Shown: in pieces, positions 1 through 11,968 of the stretch | How the letters are laid out: each line of letters starts with the position of its first letter | Position numbering within the stretch: the first letter of the stretch is position 1 | DNA from: Euglena gracilis | Taxonomy: Eukaryota | DNA: 64,000 nucleotides | Assembly (NCBI GenBank): GCA_039621445.1 | Contig: CP154954.1 | Location: 49,827,847 to 49,891,846, forward strand | Direction: 5' to 3' | Translations under genes and position numbers: made by a program | The notes under the pieces: model-generated | The model's database searches: none | What the model was told of the DNA's origin: nothing | Seen by the model: the letters and a program-made list of their open reading frames with translations, nothing else

Positions 1-34
1 TGGTGAACATTCAGCAATGACAGGACCGGAGGGG

Positions 35-899
35 TGGCCCTGGTCGGGGTGCAGCTTGTTGCACTTGGCGCCGAACTTGCACTGGCCGGTCATGGCCCAC
101 ACCTCGCAGATCTCCCGCCCGGCCTGCGCCTCCACCGCCTCCGACAGCTGCTGGTACGCTGTGAGGTCCGGGTGGACGAAGCGGCACTGGGACCTCTGCG
201 GCCGGCATATCACACATTCTAGTTTAACTCTGTGAAGAATGAAATGTGATGACTGCCGCATCAAATTCCAAAAAAAATCTTCAATAAAAAGTCTTCAATT
301 ACCGACTAAACCCGCCCCCCCCCCTAATAGAAGTGCAGGGCTGCCACAAGCGCAGGGTCAAAATAAAAGCGCACCCCCCGCCGTCGAAGGCGGCGGTCCA
401 CTACAAGTGAACACCCCATTTCGATGGAATTCTTAAAGGAAATCAACCGGGCAGGAAGGGTCCAAATAGAAGCGCATCCCCGGCTGCCAGCAATCCGCTA
501 TGAGCGCACCCGCGCTTCTATTAGGGGGGGGTTAATCTGTCGGTCAAAATCCATCGATCCTGGCTCAATTTGACCAATCCCAGGAGGGAGGGGGGTCTCA
601 GCACCCAAGAGTGCCTGAGCAAGCAACCCCCCCCCCGGAGGGGGGGCGGTGAATGCCTGGGAGTGGAGGGGGTGGTACCAATGATTGCTACTGATAACAA
701 TATGTTCAGACCACACACACGACCCCGTTCCCAGGAAAAGTGTCACCCGGCAGTCCGTCATCGGAAACGTCACGCCGAGCTCAGGCCGCTCCCGCGTGCA
801 CTTCCCCTTCAGGTAGTCGAGGCACACGCCGTGCCCGGCCTCCACCTTGGCCTTGCGGCCCCTCCGCACCGCCGTCGAGACATGGGTTGTGGGCGCCAT
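35..899 (-). CDS. Tandem CCCH zinc-finger protein, paralog 1 (5' part only; 3' exons lie beyond the window start)
   Basis: Exon 1 899-~776 ([42 protein letters not shown]). Exon 2 ~206-~35 ([56 protein letters not shown]). Homologous to the four other copies. Intron ~207-775 has no usable GT-AG pair. Confidence 0.85.
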
Positions 900-1088
900 G
901 GCAAGTTAACAGAAAGGAATGACAGAGACTGCGGTGGAAGGAACCCGGCGTCGCCTTAACCTTGCTTTCCACGCCTCCCTCTGGCAGAACATCAAGAAGA
1001 AGCCAGACAGTGATTTACTGTTGATGGAGAAGGGTCGCCACTCCCTCGTATCGCACATGCAGAGCCCCATCACATGTGCGACACCCAT

Positions 1089-1373
1089 CAGGCTTCTTTT
1101 TAAGACCCCCGGGGGGGGGGGGAGGGGGGGTCCCCCCCACCCACCCAGGGTGGCGCGGGCCACCGCCGGGGGGGGGGGGTCTGGGGACCACCCCAACATC
1201 GGGCCCGTTAAAGGCAATTTTCAAAAAATTTCGGCGCTTCGCGCCGAAAAGGTATACCCAGCGCCTCCGGCGCGGGACCCCCCCCCCCCCCCGGGGGGGG
1301 GGGGACCGGCCCCCACCCCCCCACCCACCCCCCCCGGGGGGGGGGGGGGTCAGGTGACTTAAAAAGAAGCCTG
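1089..1373. mobile_element. Non-autonomous TIR element (hAT-like MITE), 8-bp TSD
   Basis: TIR CAGGCTTCTTTTTAAG/CTTAAAAAGAAGCCTG. Perfect TSD ACACCCAT. Empty homologous site near 56797-56810. Confidence 0.9.
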
Positions 1374-1499
1374 ACACCCATACACCAGAGTAAATTGAGA
1401 GGTTCGCACGGGTTATAAATATACACCACTACTTTTTCGAGAACTGTGTCCCAGGCACCGGCTTCACGCCCGAACCGGCGTGGGATACATACATACATA

Positions 1500-1836
1500 C
1501 CTCCCCCCCTTGTCTAAGCACCGGAAAAGATGGGTAAGAACTGGGGGGGGGGGGGTGCTTAGACAAGGGGGGGGAATTTGACTGCAAAAAAAAAATCCGG
1601 CGCTTCGCGCCGAAAAGGAAAAATTCTCCTTATTTTGGAGGTCCAGTGTTGAACTTACACACATTTGGATGCAGAAATCAACAATACCTCACCAAATCAG
1701 GTCTCAAAAGTGAAATTTCGAGATTTTTGAGAAATTTCCCTTAAAAAATGGACACAAAATAAACCTCCCCGTGACGATGACCTTTAAAAAGATGGGTAAG
1801 AACCGGGGGGGGGGCTTAGACAAGGGGGGGAGGAGG
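1500..1836. mobile_element. TA-TSD MITE with poly-C/poly-G termini (Tc1/mariner-like); relative at 30104-30493
   Basis: ta|CCTCCCCCCCTTGTCTAAGC..GCTTAGACAAGGGGGGGAGGAGG|ta, inserted in (TACA)n. Confidence 0.8.
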
Positions 1837-1936
1837 TACATACACAGATACACGCATACATACATTCATGCATGCATACATACGTACATACACATACATA
1901 CATACATACATACACGCATGTATACGTACATACATA

Positions 1937-2328
1937 ACCCCCCCCCAATAATAAACCCCCCGGTTTTTTTTTGGACACCTGAAGTTGGGGTCCAGGGGGG
2001 TTTATTATTTTGGGGGGTTTATTATTTGGGCAAAAATTTCAAAGTCAAAAATTGACCCGAAAACCCTCCACAGGCTCCAATGGTCACTTTTTTGGCATTT
2101 TTGGGCTTTTTTTGAAAATTGGGTGCTTTTTTTGGCATATTTTCTGCACCAATTTGATCCATTTTTGTGTTTTTTTTTGCAGCATTTCTGCTAATTTTTG
2201 ATTCTTTTTCCTTGGCCCTCACACCTGCCAGAGGGGGGGTTATTATTTGGGCGGCCGAAGTCGGTCCTCAGGGGGGGTTTATTATTTGGGGGGGTTTATT
2301 ATTTGGGGGGGTTATTATTTTGGGGGGT
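1937..2328. mobile_element. TA-TSD MITE (CCCCCCAAATAATAAAC type); relatives at 27456-27678, ~12616-12970, ~57364-57775, ~7128-7551
   Basis: ta|ACCCCCCCCAATAATAA..TTATTATTTTGGGGGGT|ta, inserted in (TACA)n. Confidence 0.75.
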
Positions 2329-2760
2329 TACATACATATATACATGCATACATACAAACATACATGCACACATACATACATACATACATACATACATACA
2401 TACATACATACATACATACATACATACATACATACATACATACATACATACATACATACATACATACATACATACATACATACATACATACATACATACA
2501 TACATACATACATACATACATACATACATACATACATACATACATACATACATGCACACATACATACATACATACATACATACATACATACATACATACA
2601 TACATACATACATACATACATACATACATACATACATACATACATACATACATACATACATACATACATACACATAAACATACATATACATATACATACA
2701 TACGTGCATACATACATACATACATACATACATGCATACATACATACATACATACATACA

Positions 2761-2794
<34 letters not shown>

Positions 2795-2925
2795 CATACA
2801 TACATACATACACACATACATGCATACATACATACATACATACATACATACATACACACGTACATGCATACATATACACATGCAAACGTAAATACATACA
2901 CACGTACACACACACGCATATACGT
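2329..2925. repeat. (TACA)n microsatellite (also 1486-1499 and 1837-1936, split by MITEs)
   Basis: Direct reading. Confidence 0.95.
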
Positions 2926-3031
2926 GCAATGAAGATTTGCATTTGGAAAAATTTTGCAAAAAAATGCACGGACTTTCTGCAGATTACAACAGGCACCTCT
3001 TGTTTTAATCAACAAGGAGTATTCCATTCCA

Positions 3032-3437
3032 CAGGGGGAAATGCGCTCGCCCGGCCTCGGAAAAAATGCGCAAAAATGCGCAAAAAAATGCGCAAAAAAA
3101 TGCGCATTTTTGGAAAAAATGCGCAAAAATGTGCAAAATCCGAGAAAAAATGTGCAAAAATCACGAAAATGCAAAAATTACCCAAAAACATGCAAAAAAT
3201 GGCACCAAATTTGAAGAAATTATGTAGAATAATGAGGAAAATGTACGTTTCAAAAAAAAAGTCAAAAATTTCAAATTTTTTGCAAAAAATTGCAAAAATG
3301 GTCAAAAAATGTGAAAATTTTGGAAAATCACGGAAAAATGTGCCAAAAAGCAAAAAAATGTGCTGAAAAAAACGAAAAAATGCGCAAAAAATGCGCAAAA
3401 ATGCGAAAAAATTCGAAACGCATTTCCCCCCCCCCTG
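3032..3437. mobile_element. CAGGG-terminal MITE with 7-bp TSD (second copy at 59016-59445)
   Basis: Ends CAGGGGGAAATGCG..CGCATTTCCCCCCCCCCTG. TSD CATTCCA. AAAATGCGC repeats. Confidence 0.85.
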
Positions 3438-5487
3438 CATTCCAGGACAAAATCTCTGGCATCTCTGGCACCTAATAATCAATGAAAAATAATACAAGAC
3501 GAATAATAACCTTTCCAAAATCCTGACTGCAAAAAAATAACCTGCCTGTCCAGAAGTCCCCATTTGGCACAACGTTCCCATTAAGGTTGGAACCCACCAA
3601 TTGGGTTGAGTAATTTGCCACCGACGCTTGAAAACCAGTCATCAACCCTCCATCCACTCACTGGCTCAAAACCCATCGATCTCGGCCAAAATACATTTTC
3701 CATGCCATAGTTGCAGAAGGACCACTTTTGAAAAGCTTGGCCGACCACTGGAGTAGCAGAGGAAAAAATCAGCCGGCCCCTGAAAAAACAACAACCAAAC
3801 ATCAACCATGCTATCGGAACCACCCCAAATTGCTCCAAGTTGCCCATTTGTAATCCTTCGATCCTTGGTCTTCTGTGGGCAGAGGCTTTATTCCTTTGGG
3901 TAGGTGGACAGAGTCATTCTGCGAATGGGAAGCACATAGAACACTTGTGGTACTGACACACGTACTGCTGGTGGAACAAAACACTCAGCTGTTTAAGCGC
4001 TAACAACATGCACCCTCGCCATAATCTCACACATAAAAACTCACTGATCGGCTGGCTTGGTGAAACCTATTGCCCTGAATGCAACATATATTTGCAAACC
4101 CCAACCCAAACCCATCATCATCATATCATTTCAGCAAAAACCTCTTTTGTGGCTCTTGATAGATGCCATGGAATTGTGTGCACGCCCCCCGACCCCTATT
4201 GAAACAACTGCATAGAGACAAATAAACTTCCAGGGGCGTCTTAGCAACGCAGGCTGCCGCCTGGGATTCCAGTTGCCAAACGAGATGGCGGGGACGTGAG
4301 GTGTGAGAGGGTGCTAAGAGGTAACAAACCGATCAGAGATCAGGCCTTTTTTCAGACCCTCCAGGGGGTTCCCCCCACCCTTTCCAGTGTGGCATCCGGG
4401 GGGGGGGTCATGATGGAACACAACCATTAAAGCACCCCTCGAACTCCCTATTTTTCATTCTTCCTCTTCTGAACTTTTTGCCCAACATATTTTTTGGGTT
4501 GGCCTCAGAAAAATCCTTCAAAACCACATCACTGAATGATATTTTTTCTGGTGCTTTTCTGCCGGAAATCTTTGGCACTTCGTCCCCAAAATGGAGAAAA
4601 CCCAAACCTCCGGGGAGGGGAGTACCCACTGGACCTGACACCAAGGGGGGGGGGTTCGGCCGGGACCCATCCAGGTGAAAGAGCAAAAAGAAGCCTGAAT
4701 GGAGCGTATGGGGGATAGGGGCCATGCAAAGGGAGGTGGTCCGACTCGGAAATCCACCGTGTGCTGAATGAGAGATGGGAGATGTGCAATGGAATGCTGG
4801 AAATGCATAGATAGACGACCTTGCACTGGCAGGGGTGGAAAACAACAACAAATATGGGCCCCCAACCTTGATGGGGGGGGGGGGCTGCCACCATTCCATC
4901 GCAGCCCCAGCACACAGCGGGGCAGATATATCCCGATACCCAGCTCGGGGGATCCACGGCGGCGGCCTGGACTTCCGGTGCTGGCTATGCCAGTCACGTC
5001 GCCCAGGCTGGTCCGCCTTGGGATGCGACCCTGGGGGTGGGGGTGGGGGGTGGACCATCGGCAACGGTCGCAGGGGGTTGGGCGTCGGTGAGCTGCTGCG
5101 CCCCCATGAGTGAGGTGGGGGGGGGGGGGTTGAGGGGAGGGTTGGGGGGCGAGGAACCCGCTGGTAGGTCACGGAAGGTAGGGCAGCCGTTGGTTGGTTT
5201 GCGGCAGGCCGCGGCCCAACCAAAATCATGGTTTGGTTGGGCCGCGGCCAGCCGCGGCCACCCAACCAACAACATATGGGTACTCAGCGAACCCAAAGAG
5301 CCGCCCAGCTAGGGTTAAAAACATGGGGGACCCGAGCGCGGCACTGAAGGCGCCGAGAGAGGGTCCCCCCCATGTGTATTGACCCCAGTTGGGCCTCCTT
5401 GGGTTCGCTGGTACCTTGTAAGGGCCAATTTATCCCGCTATTGTGCGATGCAGTTCTATTTCGGTCACTGGAGATGGATTGTAGAGG

Positions 5488-5992
5488 CAGGGGGGGGGAA
5501 TAATTGATATCGGAGGCCTTCGGAAAAATTGCGGAAAAATTGCGGAAATTGCGGAAAAATTGCGGAAAAATTGATATCGGGTATACACATTTCTGCTTGG
5601 GGGGACTTAGAAAATTTTCAATTGTGAGGTTCAGAACACCGCAACACCCACGTCGATGCAGGCGAGCACAAATCAAAACGCTTGATGATCTTTGCACAGG
5701 TGGGACGCACCCAATCCTGTGACCAGTGGTGCACCTGTGAGAAAAATTGGTAAACTGGGGGGGGGACAACAAAGCACAATAGCACACCTGTTGATCCATT
5801 TGAAGAATGGCTTGAACTCATTGCATCTTCCATCTTTGGTGGTGGAGAAAAAATTCTTCAAAAAAATGGTGGAAAATTGCGGAAAAATTGCGGAAATTGC
5901 GGAAAAATTGCGGAAAATTGCGGAAAATTGCGGAAATTGCGGAAAATTGTGGAAATTGCGGAAAAATTGCGGATATCAATCCCCCCCCCCTG
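5488..5992. mobile_element. CAGGG-terminal MITE with 7-bp TSD
   Basis: Ends CAGGGGGGGGG..ATTGATATC / GATATCAATCCCCCCCCCCTG. TSD GTAGAGG. (GCGGAAAATT)n subterminal repeats. Confidence 0.8.
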
Positions 5993-8010
5993 GTAGAGGC
6001 CAATATAACAACGTTGAGCGGGAAGGTTCAACTATTTGCACGAGAATCTTAACCCTAACCCTGCTACTTCAAATAATGTCATAAAATCCTTTTTGCGATC
6101 AACTTTTGCAAGTTGGTTGGGGCCGCTGCCTGCCGCGGCCTGCTGTGGCCCCAACCAAAATAAAGATTTGATTGGGCCGCGGCCCAACCAAATTAAAATT
6201 TTGACAGCCAAAATTTTGCCATGGTTGGGTCGCAGCCATGCAGCCGGCCGCGGCCCAACCAAAATCCTATTTTTGTTTGTTGGCGACCGGCCGCGGCACC
6301 TACCTCCCACGAACCTGCCTCCTGTGACACCCCACCCCAGGGACACCCGAAACCGACGGCTGGTTCCCAAGACAATTTATGAAGGAAGGAAAGAATGTCT
6401 TCACAAACGAGAGAGGTTGATGGGGAAAGTGTGGAGAATCCAACCTGAGGTCATCCACTGATCCAGAACCGTTCAATGTTGCATAAAGGTGACTAGAAAT
6501 TTACTCCTCCCCTCCCTATCCAACCTTCTCCCTATGTCCAACGTTGTGTAATCTTTAAGACGAGGATAATTTTTCAACCCAAACCATGGAGAAATCTTCG
6601 AAAACGTGTCCTCCGACCAGGGAGGTGTTAATCATAGGGGGTCGGTGGGCAAAGGGGGGGGTTGGAAAGAAAGGGGATGCCCATCCAGGGTTGCGCGTGC
6701 GGTGTGTACGAGGGCAAAGGGGGGCTCAGAATGTGGGAGAGAGCGCCTTGCGCTCCCTCTTATAAATGGGTGGGTGGAGGTCTACTAACCAATCTGGGTA
6801 AACTGCGCCCAAATGCCAATTCCAAAGGAATGTGACATTGGGTCCGGGGCCAATGGGTAGTTAGAGGGGCACTTGCTTCTCTGTTGCTTGGCATGCTACC
6901 ACGTGGAAAGGTGCTGACATCACCCCAACCATTTTTTAAAAACAAAAACCGGGGGAGGGGAGGTCTAACAGGGGGTACCCAACCCCACCAGGGGACTTTT
7001 TGGGGGTCAAACTGGCTTTCCAAAAAAAAATGGGTGTTTCGTGCCCATAACAGAGGAAACACCTGGGGGCACCCACTCAGTCCGACCAAACCCAATAGGG
7101 TCCAGCAGACCCGACCACTGGACCCTAACCCCCCCCCAAATAACGGGACAGTGCCCTTTGAGTCTTTGAGTGGGCAGTGCCCAAATAACGAGGCAGGGGG
7201 CAGGCCGAAAAAGATGGTTCCAATAACGGGGCACCCTCTTTTTGGTCCAAGGGGTCAGCGACAACAAAAATATTCCACAACACTTGCCTGCCTCGAGTGC
7301 TTCGCAGCAGGTTTTGGGAGAAAAAGAAGAGACGGATGGTGCAAGAAGTGGAATGAGGTATGGGTCAAAATCATTCTCAAGGTCTCGGAACACTCATCAT
7401 TTTCATAATATGGCCTTTCCTTTTGATTTTTTCTGAAGGAGAAGGCTTTGTCAGGGTTTGATGGGTGGTGCCCAAATAACGGGGCAGAGGGGAAGGTCAA
7501 AAAGATAGTGCCAGTAATGGGGCACCCCGCCCCGTTATTTGGGGGGGTGTTTACTCACTCCTTTCCCCACTTCCTAGGGTCAACCTATAAAAATCCCTGA
7601 GCCCAACCAATCACCAAACTTAAATTCAAACTTGCTTGACTTTGACTCAGATCCCCCCCAACTTCGGCCCGTTGCTGAGATTAGGATTTCAGTCAAATTG
7701 ATCAAGAGATTGCTAAAATTCAGGTTCCACTGGAACGTGATTGATGGGGAAAAAAGAAACAAAGATGCCTCTTCATCCAGCAGGAAATGAAAATGCCTGC
7801 CATGTATATGATTCGAAAAATTGACGGTTAAAATTTGCCCCCCCCCATTGATGTGGGAAAAAACAACAAGCGGAGTCGGAAAAACAGGCTGTGGTTCAAC
7901 ACGTAAAGAGCCGGAAGGTCCCCCGCTGAAAGGCAGCTTGCACTTCACTCCCAAACAACGCAAACAGAGCGGTGCGGTTAAAGGCTGTCGGAGTGGTGGC
8001 TCACCGCCAC

Positions 8011-10617
8011 TCAGCACGCCACGAGGTTGAGGTCGCGGAAGATGTCGATCAGCACGCTGTCCAGGCGGCCCCGGGGGATTTCTCACCGGCGGGAGGGGGG
8101 CGGGGGGTCCGGGGGATTAATTTGGCTGTTAATCTGTTGTTTGTTCATCTGTCTCGTCTGTCTTCTTTCAATTTCCCTTAGATTTGTATGAGTTTGGCTT
8201 TTGAACCTGGATTGTTGTTCTGACAAATGCTGTCTCACCTGGGCACATACAATTTTTAAGCCCCCCAGTCACTAACAGTCACTAACAGGGCACAAAATGA
8301 GGGTAGTGGAGCGGAGGTCCTGACCACCCTCCTCTCTGGGGGGGGGGGGTCGGACCGCCGCCTCCTCCCTGTCAGGAAAAATACATAAAAACCCACTTCA
8401 GGTGTAAAAGAAACCCCACACAACGGGGTTTACATATTTCTTCCACACAATCCGTGGAAAAAAGAACATATAAGTTCACAAGAAGACAAATTCTTCGGGG
8501 AATCCTGGAATCTTTGGCCTGGAGGGGGTGATGGTCGGAAAAAAGAACATATAAGTTCACAAGAAGACAAATTCTTCGGGGAATCCTGGAATCTTTGGCC
8601 TGGAGGGGGTGATGGTCGCACCCCCCCTTCTCCAGGGCGTGGGAGCGGCGTTCCAACCTCACCTAAACAAAACCAACGTGCACGTTTATAGATTCGCGCA
8701 CTCCCCCTTGCGAGGCATAAAATGCTGGCTTGAAGAGCGCCCACCTCCGTGGGCCATTTGGTTTGGTCTGGCCTTGGTATGGGCCTTCAGGAATGCCCCG
8801 AGCCCAACGCCGACAAGAACCGCCGGGCCGAGGCGTACGGCTGCGCCTCCGCCGCCTCCTCCGCCACCGCCTTCCCGGCCGCCGCCTTGCCGGAGGGCTG
8901 CCGCCAGTGCGGCTCTGCAGGCGAGGAGGCATCCTGGGCCCCGAGGGCAGGCACGGTCGGGCCAGGGGTTTTTAAAGACTGGGCGGGGGGGGGAGGGGGG
9001 GTCCCGGGGGACCCAACCCACTTTCCCCCCGAAAATGGCCAGAAATCACAAAAAATGCTAAAAATAGCACCATTTTCAAAAATTTTCGGTGCCTTTGGCA
9101 CCGAAAAATATAAAAAATATATCCCTCCCTCCCATCCCTTCGGGGGGGCCAAGACTAAAATAAACCCCTGGGTCGGGCGCACGTTTCTCGTGTTGACCCG
9201 CTGCCTCGGGAGGGAGCCCCAGAGAATTCAGCCGGCGTGCAGAGGGATACCTCGTGTTTTCAAACATGGGTTCCCGCTTTTCTTAGAACACCGGAATGTT
9301 CGGAGTCGTCTGTCAGGAAATTTGGCGGTCATTCACACGGTCGATAAAAATCCGTGGGAGGTGCTAATTTGAGGGGGGGGGGTTCCCTTGAGGAAATAAT
9401 GAATTGCTTAACGGATGTCCCTTTGCTCGCCCCCCCCCCATGTCAATGCCTGTCCCCCGACTGGTGGTTGTTCGATATAAGGTTCTCACCAAAAAGAGGT
9501 TGCTAGTTTTCAGACTGGCCAAATTTCTGAAAAGCTCAAGCTCAACCGGGGGGGGTCTTGGATATTGGGGGTTGTTGGAGTTGGGGGGGGGGAGCATTTT
9601 TCAACGACAGGGGGGGGGGTTCCCCACCCACCCAGAGGATACACCCCAGGGAGGGGAGGGCAGTCTGGGGGGCCCACTTTGCTTCGCGCCGAAAATAGGC
9701 CGAAAACAGGGGGAAAACCCCGCCTCTGGCGGGGTGCCCACTCAGTCCGACCCCTTCCCCCTCCCGGGGGTGGGGGGGGAGGGGATCTGGGGACCCATCC
9801 ACCAATCTAATTAAAAACCGATTAAAAAAACTCCCTGGGGGCATGTGAACCCCCATAAGAGATAACCCTGTACAGGAACCTGTTTGGTTATCGACTCTGA
9901 GGGGGAGGTTGTAAGTGGGGGGGTCAGGGCAGGTGGATGGGCTTGTGGGGGTCAGGAACAGGGCGGTTGTGTCGTGTCAAGCGGTCATGACAAGCGAAAA
10001 GAACTCCCTTACCTGTATGAAAATTTGAAGAAAGGTGTTGCTTTTTGTGGCGGAGAAGCTTGTTTCACATTTTTGGCCTTTGGCCAAGGAAATAATCTCG
10101 GGGAGGTTCTGGGATTCCCATTCACCCCGCCCACCCAAGGTCAAATCCGTCTCGGCCATGGCTCAGCTCCCAGGGAACCGATGGAGCAGCACTGCCTGCC
10201 AGCACTCCTCCTCCTCCTCCTCCTCCGCCAGCGTCTTCTGCATGCACTCCGCGAACTTTTCAAACTCCGCCGTGAGGTCTGCGGCCGCCGCCGGGGCGGT
10301 GGGTTGGGGGCCGGGCGTGGACTCCGCCGGCACCGCTGTGGGGTGCGCCGGGGGGACGGGCAGCGCGTGGGAGGGGGCCGGAGTGGAGGGGATGGCGATG
10401 ACCTGCCCAGTCGGGTGGGCTACCACGATGGGGCCCATGGGCCCTCCTGTGGCCCATTTCGCACAAGATGGCCCTCGCACTTCACACCGTTCCCTGTGCC
10501 AAAATGGAAATGACGGAAACAATCCTCCCCAACCCGGTCAACAAATGCCCAACCAACCGACACACACATCGCTGGAATTTCATGGCACACCAACAACCAT
10601 TCACAATTGTCCTCTCG

Positions 10618-10661
<44 letters not shown>

Positions 10662-11492
10662 TCCTTGACTATTTGCACGGAAGGTACAAAGGGTTGACAC
10701 CGGGGGACCTCAAGGCCCATTATGCAACAGAAAGAAAGCTTCGGAGAAAACAAGTGAGCGGAGCAGGGCCTGAACAACCCGTCAAAGGAAAGGGGGAAAC
10801 ACCTGAGGCGCCTGGCCAGATTTGAAAATCTTTCAGCTTCGTTCTCCCATTGGCAGGGATCGTTCGGCCAACTTGGTTCACTCGTTCCGTCATTCGGTTC
10901 ACTCAATCTGTCCAGAGGCCCCAGTGGTTGTCGAAGGGAGGAGGGAAGGAGGGGCCCTGGGCGGGGTGCAGCTTGTTGCACTTGGCGCCGAACTTGCACT
11001 GGCCGGTCATGGCCCACACCTCGCAGATCTCCCGCCCGGCCTGCGCCTCCACCGCCTCCGACAGCTGCTGGTACGCCGTGAGGTCCGGGTGGACAAAGCG
11101 GCACTGGGACCACTGCGGCCGGTGGATATTTCTGTAGCAAAAAATGTTCAGCAACACCTGACATTGCACCTGTGCATTGGCTTTCCCACACAGCCTACTA
11201 CAGAGTACGGGTATGAGTAGAGTTTTGTCGCCTATGCTACAACATCCACATTGCATGACTCTGGAAAAGTCCGAGCCAATACCACAAGCAGTCCACGACC
11301 CATCACGACATGGACAGAGCGGGTCAGAAGAAGGCCAAAGAAGAAAGCCAATCCAACCGCCCCGCCAGGCGCAGGGCGCTCCCTCGTGCACTTCCCCTTC
11401 AGGAAGTCAAGGCAGACGCTAAGGCCGGCCTCCACCTTGGGTTTGCGGCCCCTCCGGTGCATGGTGGATGAGGCGTTGGTCGTGGGGGCCAT
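8011..11492 (-). CDS. Tandem CCCH zinc-finger protein, paralog 2 (5 coding exons)
   Basis: Exons ~11492-11366, ~11123-10951, ~10440-10187 (..DLTAEFEKFAECMQKTL..), ~8945-8803 (..HWRQPSGK..RRFLSALG) and ~8068-8011 ([18 protein letters not shown]). All blocks are collinear with paralogs 3-5. Junctions are uncertain by a few nt. Confidence 0.85.
8457..8618. repeat. ~79-bp exact tandem duplication within intron 4 of paralog 2
   Basis: gaaaaaagaacatataagttcac..gggggtgatggtcg occurs twice. Confidence 0.9.
8963..9170. mobile_element. hAT-like MITE nested in intron 3 of paralog 2
   Basis: Ends CAGGGGTTT..AAACCCCTG. Perfect TSD GGTCGGGC. Interior similar to 56868-57105. Confidence 0.85.
10621..10658. 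repeat. (CT)n microsatellite
   Basis: Direct reading. Confidence 0.9.
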
Positions 11493-11968
11493 GGGGCGTG
11501 AGGGGAGTCGGGCTGGGGGAAGGGGGTGCGAGGGCTGTGCCGGGGACGCCCCCCCCCACCGAATCCATGGGAGACCCGTAGTACAGAGCAGACGGACAAT
11601 TGTGGGCCAAATCCAAAAGCTCACCTTCAGCCCGAACCAGGGGCATTTTTTAAAAATACCACCCACCCACCCAGGGGGGGGGGTAGACACCCAGGGGGGT
11701 GGTCCCTACCCCCAGTGGTGGGAGGTGGGTTCAGGAGAGCCACTTTGGGGGGGAAATTTGGTGTCAAAATTTCGACACTTTATGCAGAAAGCAAAAGAAC
11801 CCCTTCTTCCAGGGGACCCAATTGGTCTGACCTCCCCTGTGGGGGGAAGGGGAATGGTGGATCTGCCCACCCTATCCCCGGGGCCATTACAAGTCCACCA
11901 CATGCCTTCTGGGGGGGAAGGAAACTGAAATGTCAAGCCGCTTTTGGAAATTTGCGTCAACTTTGGAC

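Noticed and set aside
207-775. GT-AG model for intron 1 (GGC|GTGACG donor in copy 1)
   Set aside because: No in-frame, stop-free AG acceptor precedes exon 2, and the GT is not conserved in the other four copies.
2167-3366. 399-aa ORF and overlapping long ORFs (HTYI/MYVC repeats)
   Set aside because: These are translations of the (TACA)n microsatellite and adjacent MITEs.
6049-6062. Telomere-like TAACCC x2 or piggyBac-like TTAACCCT
   Set aside because: Only two units. It may be a decayed TIR pairing with TAGGGTTAA at ~5310, but there is no convincing TSD.
8011-8025. C-terminal LVAC as a prenylation signal
   Set aside because: Cys is the last residue, so this is not CaaX, CC or CxC.
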